Assembly: GCA_003222055.1 (NCBI GenBank)
Contig: QHUT01000053.1
Span: forward strand, 48,769-112,768
Origin: Gemmatimonadota bacterium
Lineage (GTDB): Bacteria > Gemmatimonadota > Gemmatimonadetes > Gemmatimonadales > GWC2-71-9
DNA: 64,000 nt
Direction of reading: 5' to 3'
In this document: positions 21,511 to 31,013 of the stretch, in pieces
Numbering within the stretch: position 1 is the first letter of the stretch
How the letters are laid out: every line of letters starts with the position of its first letter
The notes under the pieces: model-generated
Database searches by the model: none
Seen by the model: the letters and a program-made list of their open reading frames with translations, nothing else
What the model was told of the DNA's origin: nothing
Position numbers and translations under genes: made by a program

Positions 21511-22632
21511 GGGCGTCCAGTCCTCGAAGGTGCGGACCGTGCGATAGAGCGAATCGCGCTCCACCGGCTCCTTCCCCGCGCCGCGGATGAGGGAGACGAT
21601 CTGGTCGTAGGAGAGCCACATCGGTGTGGCGGCGCCGGCTTCGTGGTACACGCGCTCGAACACCACCGTACCCTCGAGGTCGTCGCACCCGAACGTGAGC
21701 GCCACCTGCGAGATGAACGGTGTCACCATGGGCCAGTGGGTTTTCACATGCGGGATGTTGTCGAGCACCAGACGCCCCACCGCAATGTTCTTCAGGTCGT
21801 CGAACCCCGTCGTCGCCGTGCCGGTGCGGCCCAGCGCTTCGCCCAGCTCGTTGTGGTCGGGGTGGTAGGCGAGCGGGATGTATGTGAGGAATCCGCGGGT
21901 TTCGTCCTGCAGCGCCCGCAGCGCCAGCAGGTGGTCCACGCGGTCCGCGAGCGTCTCGACGTGCCCGTAGAGCATCGTGCAGTTCGAGGGGATGCCCAGC
22001 CGGTGCGCCTCGCGGTGTACGCCGAGCCATTCCTCGCCGGAGAGCTTCTTGTCGGCGATGGTCGCGCGCGCCGCCGGGCTGAACACTTCGGCACCGCCGC
22101 CCGGGAGGCTGGTGACGCCCGCCTGCTGCATCGCGACGAGCACATCGCGCACGCTCATCCGCTCGAGGCGCGCGAGATGGGCCACTTCGACGGCGGTGAG
22201 CGCCTTGATGTGCACGCCCGGGTGGCGGGCCGCGAGGCCCCGGAACAGGTCCAGGTAATAGGACAGCCGCACCGTGGGGTGCAGGCCGCCCACGATGTGG
22301 AACTCGCGGGTCGGGTTGTCGCGCGCCGCCTCGGCTTCGGCGAACACCTCGTCCAGGCTGCGGGTATAGGCGCCCGCCTCGCGCGGCATCCGTGCGAACG
22401 AGCAGAACACGCAGGTGTTGCGCAGCACGCACACGTTGGTCGGGTTGATGTGCTGGTTCGCCGCGAACGATACGCGATCGCCGTTGTTGCGACGGTTGGC
22501 GAGGTCGGCGAGCCGGCCGATCGTCAGGAGGTCGTTGGACTGAAACAGCGCGAGCGCGTCGTCGCGGGTCAGGCGCTCGCCGCCCTGGACCTTCTCCCCG
22601 ATGGGGATGAGAACCGGATCCCGGGCGGTCAT
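21364..22632 (-). CDS. mqnE: Aminodeoxyfutalosine synthase (radical SAM)
   Basis: HINPTNVC..TCVFCSF, HIVGG, PGGGAEVF, TMLYGHVE, IPLAYHP; adjacent to mqnA and mqnC. Confidence 0.9.
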   Translation of the reverse strand: MTARDPVLIPIGEKVQGGERLTRDDALALFQSNDLLTIGRLADLANRRNNGDRVSFAANQHINPTNVCVLRNTCVFCSFARMPREAGAYTRSLDEVFAEAEAARDNPTREFHIVGGLHPTVRLSYYLDLFRGLAARHPGVHIKALTAVEVAHLARLERMSVRDVLVAMQQAGVTSLPGGGAEVFSPAARATIADKKLSGEEWLGVHREAHRLGIPSNCTMLYGHVETLADRVDHLLALRALQDETRGFLTYIPLAYHPDHNELGEALGRTGTATTGFDDLKNIAVGRLVLDNIPHVKTHWPMVTPFISQVALTFGCDDLEGTVVFERVYHEAGAATPMWLSYDQIVSLIRGAGKEPVERDSLYRTVRTFEDWTPTDPGRKPGVPGVRPEGPEGPTFEISHRPQARARGQRTLPVLQAIESAE

Positions 22633-22727
22633 GGGCGTCGGCGATTGCGGATTGCGGATTTCGGATTGCGGATTGGAAGGACCGCGTGTCGAATCCGCAA
22701 TTCGCAATCCGCAATCCGCAATTTCAT
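22629..22727 (-). CDS. Putative coupling-relay mini-ORF, 32 aa (MKLRIADCELRIRHAVLPIRNPKSAIRNRRRP)
   Basis: ATG overlaps fabF TGA (ATGA); its TGA overlaps mqnE ATG (ATGA). Confidence 0.5.
   Translation of the reverse strand: MKLRIADCELRIRHAVLPIRNPKSAIRNRRRP
22643..22723. repeat. Inverted heptamer array (GATTGCG)4.5-17 nt-(CGCAATC)4.5
   Basis: Read directly from sequence; predicted ~32-bp hairpin. Confidence 0.95.
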
Positions 22728-23968
22728 GCGGCCCGGCGGATGGCGAGCGTCACGTTGTGCCCGCCGAACCCGAAGGAATTCGACAGGGCCACGTCCACCG
22801 GCCGCTTCACGACTTTGTTGGGCGCGGAGTCGAGGTCGCAGGCGGGATCGGGCGTGAACTGGTTGATCGTCGGGGGGATGGTCCCGCGCTGCACCACCAG
22901 GGCGCACACCGCCGCCTCGAGGGCGCCGGCCGCCCCCAGCAGGTGACCGGTCATCGACTTGGTGGAGCCGAAGACCAGCTTACGGGCCTGCTCGCCGAAC
23001 ACCGCCTTCACGGCGGCCGTCTCGGCGGCGTCGCCGTGCGGCGTGGACGTGCCGTGCGCGTTGATGTAGCCGACCTCCCGCATCCCGACCCCGCCGTCCT
23101 TCAACGCCAGCCGCATGGCCTCCTGCGCTCCCGAGCCGTCGGGTGCCGGGGCGGTGATGTGGTGCGCGTCCGCGCTCTGGCCGAACCCCACGACCTCGGC
23201 GTAGATCTTCGCTCCACGTCGCCGGGCGTGCTCCCACTCCTCGAGGATCAGCACCCCCGCGCCGTCGCCCATCACGAATCCGTCCCGGTCCTTGTCGAAC
23301 GGGCGGCTGGCGGTCTCCGGGCTGTCGTTGCGTTCGGACAGCGCCTTCATGTTCGCGAAGCTGGCGACCGCGAGCGGCGTGATGGCGGCTTCCGCCCCGC
23401 CCGCGATCATGATGTCCGCTCGATCGTGGCGGATCAACTCGAGCGCATCCCCCACGCTGTGGGCGGACGACGCGCACGCCGACACCGTGCAGTAGTTCGG
23501 CCCCTGCGCGCCGTAGCGCATCGAGATCAGCGCCGCGGCCACGTTCGGCATGTACATGGGCACGAAGAACGGGGACACACGGCTCGGTCCCTTCTCGAAC
23601 AGGGCGCGGCAGTTCTCTTCGAAGGTCTGCAGCCCTCCGGTGCCCGTGCCGATCAGGACGCCCACCCGCTTCAGGTTCACCGTCTGCCAGCTGGCGGCCA
23701 GGCAGGCGTCGGCCACGGCCTGCTCCGCGGCGCCGATCGCGAACTGGGCGAACAGATCGTAGCGGCGGATTTCCTTCTTGTCGAGGAACCGCGCCGGGTC
23801 GAAGCCCTTCACCTCGCACGCGAACTTCACGGGGCTCTGCGCCGGGTCGAACCGCGTGATCGGCCCGGCCCCCGAGCGGCCCCCGAGCAGGCCGTCCCAC
23901 GTGCTCTGGACATCCGTTCCCAACGGCGTCACGAGCCCCAGGCCCGTGATCGCGACCCGGCGCGTCAT
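22724..23968 (-). CDS. fabF: 3-oxoacyl-ACP synthase II
   Basis: VSACASS, YINAHGTST, KSMTGHLLGAAG, SNSFGFGG. Confidence 0.97.
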   Translation of the reverse strand: MTRRVAITGLGLVTPLGTDVQSTWDGLLGGRSGAGPITRFDPAQSPVKFACEVKGFDPARFLDKKEIRRYDLFAQFAIGAAEQAVADACLAASWQTVNLKRVGVLIGTGTGGLQTFEENCRALFEKGPSRVSPFFVPMYMPNVAAALISMRYGAQGPNYCTVSACASSAHSVGDALELIRHDRADIMIAGGAEAAITPLAVASFANMKALSERNDSPETASRPFDKDRDGFVMGDGAGVLILEEWEHARRRGAKIYAEVVGFGQSADAHHITAPAPDGSGAQEAMRLALKDGGVGMREVGYINAHGTSTPHGDAAETAAVKAVFGEQARKLVFGSTKSMTGHLLGAAGALEAAVCALVVQRGTIPPTINQFTPDPACDLDSAPNKVVKRPVDVALSNSFGFGGHNVTLAIRRAA

Positions 23969-23972
23969 GCGG

Positions 23973-24224
23973 CTATTTCCCCATCTTTTCGTGCAGGTAC
24001 TGCAGCGCCTGCCCCACGGTGCGCAGCTTTTCGGCTTCCTCGTCGGGGATGTCGATGTCGAATTCTTTTTCGAACGCCATCACCAGCTCCACGGTGTCGA
24101 GGCTGTCCGCGCCCAGGTCTTCCATGAAGCTCGCGTCGGACGTCAGCTTGTTCCGTTCGACGCCCAGCTCTTCGACGATGATGTCCTTGACCTTCTCTTC
24201 GAGCTGCTTCATGTCCATTGCCAT
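23973..24224 (-). CDS. acpP: Acyl carrier protein
   Basis: [20 protein letters not shown]; SD GAGGA upstream. Confidence 0.97.
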   Translation of the reverse strand: MAMDMKQLEEKVKDIIVEELGVERNKLTSDASFMEDLGADSLDTVELVMAFEKEFDIDIPDEEAEKLRTVGQALQYLHEKMGK

Positions 24225-24255
24225 GGGTGTCCTCAAAGGAGGTGTGGGAAAAAGG

Positions 24256-24996
24256 TCACAGCACCATCCCGCCATCGACGACCAGCACCTGACCCGTAAT
24301 GTAGCTCGCGAAGTCGGATGCGAGAAAGAGCACCGCCGCCGCGACGTCCGTGCCCTCGCCCAGCCGGCCCAGGGGGATCGCCCCGATCAATGCGTCCCGC
24401 GCCTCGCCATGGATGGCGCGCGTGAGCTCCGTATCGATGAACCCCGGGGCCACCGCGTTCACGAGCACATTGCGCGAGGCCAGCTCCTTGGACACCGCCT
24501 TGGTGAAGCCGATCAACCCCGCCTTCGACGCCGTGTAGTTCGCCTGCCCCTTGTTGCCGGCGATGCCGACCACGCTCGTGATGTTGACGATCCGGCCCCA
24601 GCGCCGCTTGATCATGCCGCGGGCGGCGTGCTTCGTCACCAGGAACGCCCCCTTCAAATTGATGTCGAGGACCGTGTCCCAGTCGTCCTCGCCGATCCGG
24701 AACAGCAGGTTGTCGCGGGTCGTGCCCGCGTTGTTCACGAGCACGTCGACGCGCCCGAAATCCCGCTCCACGGCGGCGACCACCGTTTCCACCTGCCCCG
24801 CGTCGGCGACGTCGCAGGCGTACCCTTGGCCCGTGCCGTCGCCCAGCGCCTTGGCCGTCTCCTGGGCCCGACCGCCGTCGCGCGCCAGGACGGCGACGCG
24901 GGCGCCCGCGCGCGCCAACGTCTGCGCGATCGCGTGGCCGATCCCGCGGGTCCCCCCCGTCACGATGGCGACCTTCCCGGTGAGGTCGATCTTCAT
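24256..24996 (-). CDS. fabG: 3-oxoacyl-ACP reductase
   Basis: [30 protein letters not shown]. Confidence 0.97.
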   Translation of the reverse strand: MKIDLTGKVAIVTGGTRGIGHAIAQTLARAGARVAVLARDGGRAQETAKALGDGTGQGYACDVADAGQVETVVAAVERDFGRVDVLVNNAGTTRDNLLFRIGEDDWDTVLDINLKGAFLVTKHAARGMIKRRWGRIVNITSVVGIAGNKGQANYTASKAGLIGFTKAVSKELASRNVLVNAVAPGFIDTELTRAIHGEARDALIGAIPLGRLGEGTDVAAAVLFLASDFASYITGQVLVVDGGMVL

Positions 24997-25103
24997 ACCA
25001 ACCGCCCCGATTGCGGATTGCGGATTGTGGATTGCGGATTCGCGGTTGGGAGTTCGCTGCGCCAAATCCGCAGTCCGCAATCCACAATCCGCAATCGATT
25101 CAA
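24993..25103 (-). CDS. Putative coupling-relay mini-ORF, 36 aa ([36 protein letters not shown])
   Basis: TTG overlaps fabD TGA (TTGA, SD GGAGG upstream); its TGA overlaps fabG ATG (ATGA). Confidence 0.5.
   Translation of the reverse strand: MNRLRIVDCGLRIWRSELPTANPQSTIRNPQSGRLV
25008..25097. repeat. Inverted heptamer array (GATTGCG)4.5-24 nt-(CGCAATC)4.5
   Basis: Read directly; the GATTGTG/CACAATC variant occurs once in each arm. Confidence 0.95.
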
Positions 25104-26056
25104 GCCGCCTCCAGGAACTTCGCCACCTCATCGGCCGTCCCCAGCGAGACCACGCTCGCCCCCGCCACGATGCGCCGCAGCAGCCCGGCGAGAACGTTGC
25201 CCGGACCGATTTCGATGAAGCGGGTGGACTCGCCCGCATCCGCGAGCTCGGCCGCGCGCTGCATGCAGGCCACCCAGCGGACCGGCGCGGTGAGCTGGTC
25301 GGCGAGCAGGCGGCGCGCGCGGGCGGCGTCGCGTACGGGCTCCGCGGTCGCGTTCGCGACGACCGGAAACGCCGGATCGCGGAACGGCGCGTGCTCGAGC
25401 GCCACGCGCAGTTGATTGGCCGCCGGGGCCATGAGCGAGGAATGAAACGCGCCACTCACCTTGAGCGGGATCACCCGTTTGGCCCCCCGCCGTTTGCAGG
25501 CGTCGCCGGCCCGGGCCACGGCGTCGGGGTCGCCCGAGATGACGGTTTGGTCGGGGGCGTTCAGGTTCGCCGGGACGGCCACCGCGTCGCCCGTCGATGC
25601 CTCGCGGCACGCGGCCTCGACCTCGGCCGTGGCGAGCCCGAGCACGGCCGCCATGGTCCCAGGGCGCGCCGTGCCCGCCTGGTGCATCAGCTCGCCGCGG
25701 CGCCGCACGAGGGCCGCGGCGTCGGTCGCCGGCAGCGCGCCGGCCGTCACGTAGGCCGAGTACTCGCCCAGCGAGTGTCCGGCGGCGGCGACGGCGGGCC
25801 CGGGGGTCGCGGGGCCCACCACGGCGAACACGGCGACGGTGTGCGCCAGGATCGCCGGCTGCGCATTGTGGGTGGCCGTCAGCTCGTCCTCGGGCCCGTC
25901 GAACATCAGGCGGCTGAGGGAGACCGCCAGGGCCTCGTCGATCGCGCCGAGCGCGTCGCGCGCCGCCGGGAATCGTGCGGCGAGGTCTTTGGCCATCCCG
26001 ACTTTTTGGGCGCCCTGCCCGGGGCACAACCAGATCGTGTTGCCCGCGGCTACCAC
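25100..26056 (-). CDS. fabD: Malonyl-CoA:ACP transacylase
   Basis: PGQGAQ, AQPAIL, GHSLGEY, SGAFHS, EIGPG. Confidence 0.96.
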   Translation of the reverse strand: MVAAGNTIWLCPGQGAQKVGMAKDLAARFPAARDALGAIDEALAVSLSRLMFDGPEDELTATHNAQPAILAHTVAVFAVVGPATPGPAVAAAGHSLGEYSAYVTAGALPATDAAALVRRRGELMHQAGTARPGTMAAVLGLATAEVEAACREASTGDAVAVPANLNAPDQTVISGDPDAVARAGDACKRRGAKRVIPLKVSGAFHSSLMAPAANQLRVALEHAPFRDPAFPVVANATAEPVRDAARARRLLADQLTAPVRWVACMQRAAELADAGESTRFIEIGPGNVLAGLLRRIVAGASVVSLGTADEVAKFLEAA

Positions 26057-27036
26057 TGCACCACCAGGCTCGCCCAGGTGAAGCCCGCGCCGAACGCGCT
26101 GAACATCACCTTCATGCCCGGTTGGAGGCGACCGCCGCGCACCGCCTCGTCGAGCGCGATCGCCACCGACGCCGCCGAAGTGTTGCCGTAGCGGTCCACG
26201 TTCACGTAGACCTTGTCCATGGGGAGGCCGGCGTGCTTGGCCGTGGCTTCGATGATCCGGATGTTCGCCTGGTGGGGAATGAGGAGATCGATGTCGCCGC
26301 TCGTGAGGCCGGCGCGCTCGAGCGCCTTGTCGCACGCGTCCGCCATCGACAGCACCGCCGCCTTGAACACCTCGCGTCCCGCCATCTTGATGTAGTACGA
26401 GTGGTCCGTGAGCAGGGCTTGATCGGGCGGGTGGGCGGCGCCGCCGCCCGGGCGGTAGAGCAGCTCGGCGAGCGTGCCGTCCGATTTCATGTAGCTCGAG
26501 AGAATGCCCCGGCCGGCGCGGCTGGGGCGCACCAGCGTCGCGCCGGCGCCGTCGCCGAACAGCACCGCGGTGCTGCGGTCGCTCCAGTCCATGATGGCGG
26601 TGAGCTTCTCGGATGCGACCACGAGCACGTGCCGGGCCTGCTCGCTCGCCACGAGCCCCTCCGCGACGTTGAGCGCGTAGAGGAAGCCGGTGCAGGCTGC
26701 CCCCACGTCGAAGGCCGCCGCGTGTTTCGCGCCCAGCAGGGCCTGGAGATCGCACGCCTGGGAGGGCAGCAGTCGGTCGGGGGAGCAGGTCGCCAGCACC
26801 ACGGCATCGAGGTCGAGCGGCGTGAGTCCGGTCTCCTTGAGCACCTGCTCCGCGGCCGCCTTCGCCATGCAGGCGTTCGACTCGTCCGGGCCCGCGACCC
26901 GCCGCTCCCGGATCCCGGTGCGCTCGCGGATCCACTGGTCCGACGTGTCGAGCTTGCTCGAGAACTCGTCGTTCGTCATCACGCGTTTGGGCGTGTACCG
27001 ACCCGTGGCCACGAGCTCCGCGATGGGGCGCTTCAT
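26050..27036 (-). CDS. fabH: 3-oxoacyl-ACP synthase III
   Basis: AACTGF, FGDGAGA, PHQAN, YGNTSAAS, FGAGFTW. Confidence 0.97.
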   Translation of the reverse strand: MKRPIAELVATGRYTPKRVMTNDEFSSKLDTSDQWIRERTGIRERRVAGPDESNACMAKAAAEQVLKETGLTPLDLDAVVLATCSPDRLLPSQACDLQALLGAKHAAAFDVGAACTGFLYALNVAEGLVASEQARHVLVVASEKLTAIMDWSDRSTAVLFGDGAGATLVRPSRAGRGILSSYMKSDGTLAELLYRPGGGAAHPPDQALLTDHSYYIKMAGREVFKAAVLSMADACDKALERAGLTSGDIDLLIPHQANIRIIEATAKHAGLPMDKVYVNVDRYGNTSAASVAIALDEAVRGGRLQPGMKVMFSAFGAGFTWASLVVQW

Positions 27037-28040
27037 CGCGGTGCACCTCCCTCGGCGAGCTCCGCCACGATGTCCTGATCGAGGTGGCTCGTCACCATCT
27101 GGGCCGCGACGCGCACGGCGTTCTTGATCGCGCGCGCCGGCGAGGCACCGTGACAGATGATCACGACCCCTTTCACGCCGAGCAGCGGCGCGCCGCCCTG
27201 CTCCGAGTAGTCCAGGAACTTGAACAGCTGCTTCGCTTCGGGCCGGCCCAGCACGTCGGGGAACGCCTGCGTCATCATGCCCATGAACATGCGGCCGGCG
27301 GATTCGTAGAACTTGAGGACCACGTTCCCGACGAAGCCGTCGCACACCACCACGTCGATCCGGCCCTGCTTGCATTGACCCGCCAGGATGTCCCGGCCCT
27401 CGACGTTGCCGACGTAGCGAATGCCCGCCGTCTGCTTGAGGAGCTGGTGCGCTTCCTTCACGACGGCATTGCCCTTCTCGTCCTCCTCGCCCACGTTGAG
27501 GAGGCCGACGCCGGGCCGCGACTGGTCCAACACGTCGCGTACGTACACCGAGCCGAGGTGGGCGAAGCCCACCAGCTCGCGCGCGTCGCAGTCCACGTTG
27601 GCGCCGCCATCGAGCACCAGGACGGGATGCGCGGCCGTGGGAAAGAGCGCGCCGATCGCCGCGCGCTGCACGCCTTCGTGCAGGCGGAGCATCAGGGTCG
27701 CGGCCGCCATCACGGCCCCGGTGTTCCCGGCCGAGATGAACGCATCGCTCGTGCCCTGCTTCTGGAGGCCGATCCCGACGGCGACGGACGAGCGGGGCTT
27801 GCCCTTGACGGCGGCCAACGGCTTCTCGCCCATGCCGACCACCTCCGGTGCCTCGACGATCTCGAGGCGGTCGCGATCGACCGCGCCGAGCGTCTTCAGC
27901 GCGGCCTCGATATCGCGGGTCCGCCCCACGAGCTGGATCCGGAACGTGGGAGGAAACTCGCGCAGCGCCTGGACCGCGCCCTCGACCTCCACGCGCGGGG
28001 CGTCGTCCCCGCCCATGGCATCCAGCGCGATGCGGATCAC
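27033..28040 (-). CDS. plsX: Phosphate acyltransferase
   Basis: IALDAMGGD, SAGNTGA, LLNVGEEDEKG, CDGFVGNV, GGAPLLG. Confidence 0.97.
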   Translation of the reverse strand: MIRIALDAMGGDDAPRVEVEGAVQALREFPPTFRIQLVGRTRDIEAALKTLGAVDRDRLEIVEAPEVVGMGEKPLAAVKGKPRSSVAVGIGLQKQGTSDAFISAGNTGAVMAAATLMLRLHEGVQRAAIGALFPTAAHPVLVLDGGANVDCDARELVGFAHLGSVYVRDVLDQSRPGVGLLNVGEEDEKGNAVVKEAHQLLKQTAGIRYVGNVEGRDILAGQCKQGRIDVVVCDGFVGNVVLKFYESAGRMFMGMMTQAFPDVLGRPEAKQLFKFLDYSEQGGAPLLGVKGVVIICHGASPARAIKNAVRVAAQMVTSHLDQDIVAELAEGGAPR

Positions 28041-28042
28041 CG

Positions 28043-28225
28043 TTAGGCGTCCTCTACCGCTACCCGCTGCTCGTCGCGGTAATAGCCGCAGGTGGGACAC
28101 ACCCGATGCGGGCGCTTCAAGTCGCCGCACCGCGGGCAGGGTTGCAGCGCGATGGGAGCCGCCTTGTAATGGGTGCGGCGGGCGCGCTTCTTCCGCTTGG
28201 AGGTCCTTCGCTTCGGTACGGCCAT
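28043..28225 (-). CDS. rpmF: 50S ribosomal protein L32 (Zn-ribbon type)
   Basis: MAVPKRRTSK, CPRC..PHRVCPTCGYY. Confidence 0.97.
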   Translation of the reverse strand: MAVPKRRTSKRKKRARRTHYKAAPIALQPCPRCGDLKRPHRVCPTCGYYRDEQRVAVEDA

Positions 28226-28239
28226 GGAATCGTCCTCTT

Positions 28240-28749
28240 TCAGTCGCGGAGCTTGGGCTTCAAGGCGGTCAGGCCGCTCCAGCGTTGGTCCGCCGCCGGC
28301 GGGCAGCCGCAGGGGCCCGCGTTCAAGTCCGTGCCGCAGCGCGGGCACAGGCCGCGGCAGTCGTCTCGACACACGATCCACTGAGGCACGGCCAGCAGCA
28401 GCTCCTCACGCAGGGCGACGCGGAGATCGATCGCCGTCGCGTCCCGCGCCAGGGAATAGGAGCTCGGGTCCTCCAGGGCATCCGGATCCTGGGAAAACAG
28501 GGCGTCCACGTCCGCGACCACCGGGACGGTGACGGCGGCAAGGCAGCGCCTGCATTCCCCGGCCATCCGGGTGCGGAGCGACGCTCGCCAGTAGAAACGC
28601 CCTTCACCGGCCGCCTGCAAGCGGCCTGCCACGCGCACCGGCTCGGCAAGGGCGACGTTGACCCCCTCGAACAGCGGGTCATTCCCTGCGAGTTGGCCCG
28701 GCGTGTCCACCGGGCCCCGGGCGAGCTCCCGCAGGTCGACCTGTAACAT
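28240..28749 (-). CDS. yceD: DUF177/YceD family protein
   Basis: ECRRCL, CRDDCRGLCPRCG; upstream of rpmF. Confidence 0.92.
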   Translation of the reverse strand: MLQVDLRELARGPVDTPGQLAGNDPLFEGVNVALAEPVRVAGRLQAAGEGRFYWRASLRTRMAGECRRCLAAVTVPVVADVDALFSQDPDALEDPSSYSLARDATAIDLRVALREELLLAVPQWIVCRDDCRGLCPRCGTDLNAGPCGCPPAADQRWSGLTALKPKLRD

Positions 28750-28758
28750 GCGAAACCG

Positions 28759-28787
28759 AAGCTAAACCGTTGTGGGACTTGCGTCAA
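28759..28787 (-). promoter_or_regulatory. sigma70 promoter TTGACG-17-TAGCTT of the yceD-rpmF-fab-mqn operon
   Basis: Near-consensus hexamers, 17-nt spacer, 9 nt before ATG. Confidence 0.75.
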
Positions 28788-28792
28788 GCGAA

Positions 28793-29224
28793 CTAGTGGC
28801 GGCCTCCCGAGAGCTCCCGCAACTCCCCCTCGGCGAAGAAAAAGGCCACTTCCCGGGCGGCGTTTTCGGGCGAGTCCGAGGCGTGGATCGCATTCCGCTC
28901 CTTGGATTCGGCGTACAGCTTGCGCACGGTGCCGGGCTTCGCTTCGGCGGGGTCGGTCGCGCCGATGACCTCGCGTAACCGAGCGACCGCATCGTCGCGC
29001 TCGAGCGCGAGGGCCAGTGCCGGTCCGGACGTCATGAAGGTCACGAGCGAGCGGTAGAACGGGCGCTCGCGATGCACTTCATAGAACCCCGCCGCCTGGG
29101 CGCCGGTGAGCTTCACGAGACGCGCGGCGCGGATCACGAATCCCGCGCCCTCCAGGTGCGCCAGGATCTTGCCCGTGTAGCCCGCGCCCACGGCGTCGGG
29201 CTTGATGATGGCGAGTGTGAGCAT
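28793..29224 (-). CDS. ndk: Nucleoside diphosphate kinase
   Basis: TLAIIKPDAV, FMTSGP, GATDP, NAIHASDS. Confidence 0.97.
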   Translation of the reverse strand: MLTLAIIKPDAVGAGYTGKILAHLEGAGFVIRAARLVKLTGAQAAGFYEVHRERPFYRSLVTFMTSGPALALALERDDAVARLREVIGATDPAEAKPGTVRKLYAESKERNAIHASDSPENAAREVAFFFAEGELRELSGGRH

Positions 29225-29238
29225 GCTGGGAGCTGGGG

Positions 29239-30147
29239 TTAGGGAGCGATGAGGCGGCGGACCACGTCGGCCCGGGTCAGGAACCCGACGACCACGCCCT
29301 CGCGTACCACGGGGAAGCGATCGACGTCCTTCGAGCTCATCAGGTTGGCGACGTCCGACAGGGTCTGGTCCTCCGCCAGACAGAGCACTGAGCGCCCCAT
29401 GGCTTCCTTGACGGGAATGAGCCGCGGGTCCGCCGAACCTCGCTGCAGCTGCGAACGCGTGGGCGCCCGGAACTCACCGCTCTTGGTCCGCTGCACGAAA
29501 TCGGGGATCAAGTACCGCAACAGCTCGCGATGCGTGACCATGCCGATGAGCGAGCCGCCCTCGTCCACCACCGGCATGGCGCGGATGTCGCGCTCCACCA
29601 TGAGGTGGGCCACCTCTCCCAAGGTCCGGTCCGGGCCGACCGTGATGGCGTGCGGCGTCATCACGTCTCGTACGGTGAGCTGGCTCGGCAGCTCGACGGC
29701 ATCGAGCGCCGGGAGCGCCAGCACCTGCTCGGGCGTGCGCGCAGCCAGGAGCGCCAGGACGTTGTCCGGGCTCGAGAGCGTGCGCGCGAAGGCTCCGACC
29801 ACCTGCAGGTACAGCGCCGCCTCGCGCAGTGGCGCGACGATGAAAATCACGACCCGGGCAGCGCGGTGCGGATCCTTCTCCCAACGGATCGGCGTGGGAG
29901 AGATGCCGAGCGCCGTCACGAGGCCGCGCACGGCCTCCGTGCGAAAGTGGGGCAGGAAGGCGTGCTCTCCCACACTCAACATGTCCTCGGGCCAGGTGTG
30001 CCGGATCACGGCGCTCAAGCGGTGGGGGTCGGCCACCGCGCCGCTCTCCACGAGACGCTCGGTCAGGCGCTCGGTGGCCTCTTTCACCGTGCCGGCGCTC
30101 AGGGGGACGATGATGTGCTCCGCCTTCAGGACGTCGCGCAGCTTCAC
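29239..30147 (-). CDS. PTS EIIA-type-2 domain + tandem CBS domain protein
   Basis: N-terminal [21 protein letters not shown] (EIIA fold, PH motif); C-terminal CBS pair ([23 protein letters not shown]). Confidence 0.75.
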   Translation of the reverse strand: MKLRDVLKAEHIIVPLSAGTVKEATERLTERLVESGAVADPHRLSAVIRHTWPEDMLSVGEHAFLPHFRTEAVRGLVTALGISPTPIRWEKDPHRAARVVIFIVAPLREAALYLQVVGAFARTLSSPDNVLALLAARTPEQVLALPALDAVELPSQLTVRDVMTPHAITVGPDRTLGEVAHLMVERDIRAMPVVDEGGSLIGMVTHRELLRYLIPDFVQRTKSGEFRAPTRSQLQRGSADPRLIPVKEAMGRSVLCLAEDQTLSDVANLMSSKDVDRFPVVREGVVVGFLTRADVVRRLIAP

Positions 30148-31013
30148 AGTCGTTCCTTGAGGAGGGTCACGACGTCCGCCGGGCGCTTCATGACGGCGAT
30201 GCCGGCGCGGGCGAACGCCGCCATCTTTTCGGCCGCCGTGCCGCTCGATCCCGCAATGATGGCCCCGGCGTGCCCCATGCGACGGCCCGGCGGCGCGGTC
30301 TGCCCCGCGATGAACCCGATCACCGGCTTGGACATCGCCTGCTGGATGAAATCGGCGGCCAGCTGCTCGTCCGTGCCCCCGATCTCTCCGATCATGACCA
30401 CCGCGTCGGTGTCGGGGTCCGCCTGGAACGCCGAGAGGCAGTGGATGAAGCTGGTCCCGATGAGCGGATCGCCCCCGATGCCCACGCACGTGGACTGCCC
30501 GTAGCCCGCCCCCGAGAGCTGGTGCACGATCTCGTAGGTGAGCGTCCCGCTGCGCGACACGACGCCGATCCGGCCCGGACGGCAGATATTGCCCGGGATG
30601 ATGCCCACTTTGGAGCGAGACGGGGAGATCAGTCCGGGGCAGTTCGGACCGATCAGACGGGCACCACGCTCGTGCAGGTACGGCAGCACGCGGGTCATGT
30701 CCAGCACCGGAATCCCCTCGGTGATGCACACGATGAGCGCGATACCGGCGTCGGCCGCCTCGAAGATGGCGGACGCGGCGACGGCGGCAGGAACGTAGAT
30801 GATCGACGTGTTGGCCCTGGTCTCGGCGACGGCGTCGGCCATGGTGTCGAAGACGGGAACGACGCCGTCGAACACCTGACCGCCTTTCCCGGGCGTGACG
30901 CCGGCGACCACCTTGGTGCCGTACCCGAGCATCTGCCGCGTGTGGAACGAGCCGTCGCGACCGGTGATTCCCTGCACCACCAGGCGCGTCTGCTGGTCGA
31001 CGAAGATGCTCAC
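30144..31013 (-). CDS. sucD: Succinyl-CoA synthetase alpha subunit
   Basis: [33 protein letters not shown]. Confidence 0.98.
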   Translation of the reverse strand: MSIFVDQQTRLVVQGITGRDGSFHTRQMLGYGTKVVAGVTPGKGGQVFDGVVPVFDTMADAVAETRANTSIIYVPAAVAASAIFEAADAGIALIVCITEGIPVLDMTRVLPYLHERGARLIGPNCPGLISPSRSKVGIIPGNICRPGRIGVVSRSGTLTYEIVHQLSGAGYGQSTCVGIGGDPLIGTSFIHCLSAFQADPDTDAVVMIGEIGGTDEQLAADFIQQAMSKPVIGFIAGQTAPPGRRMGHAGAIIAGSSGTAAEKMAAFARAGIAVMKRPADVVTLLKERL

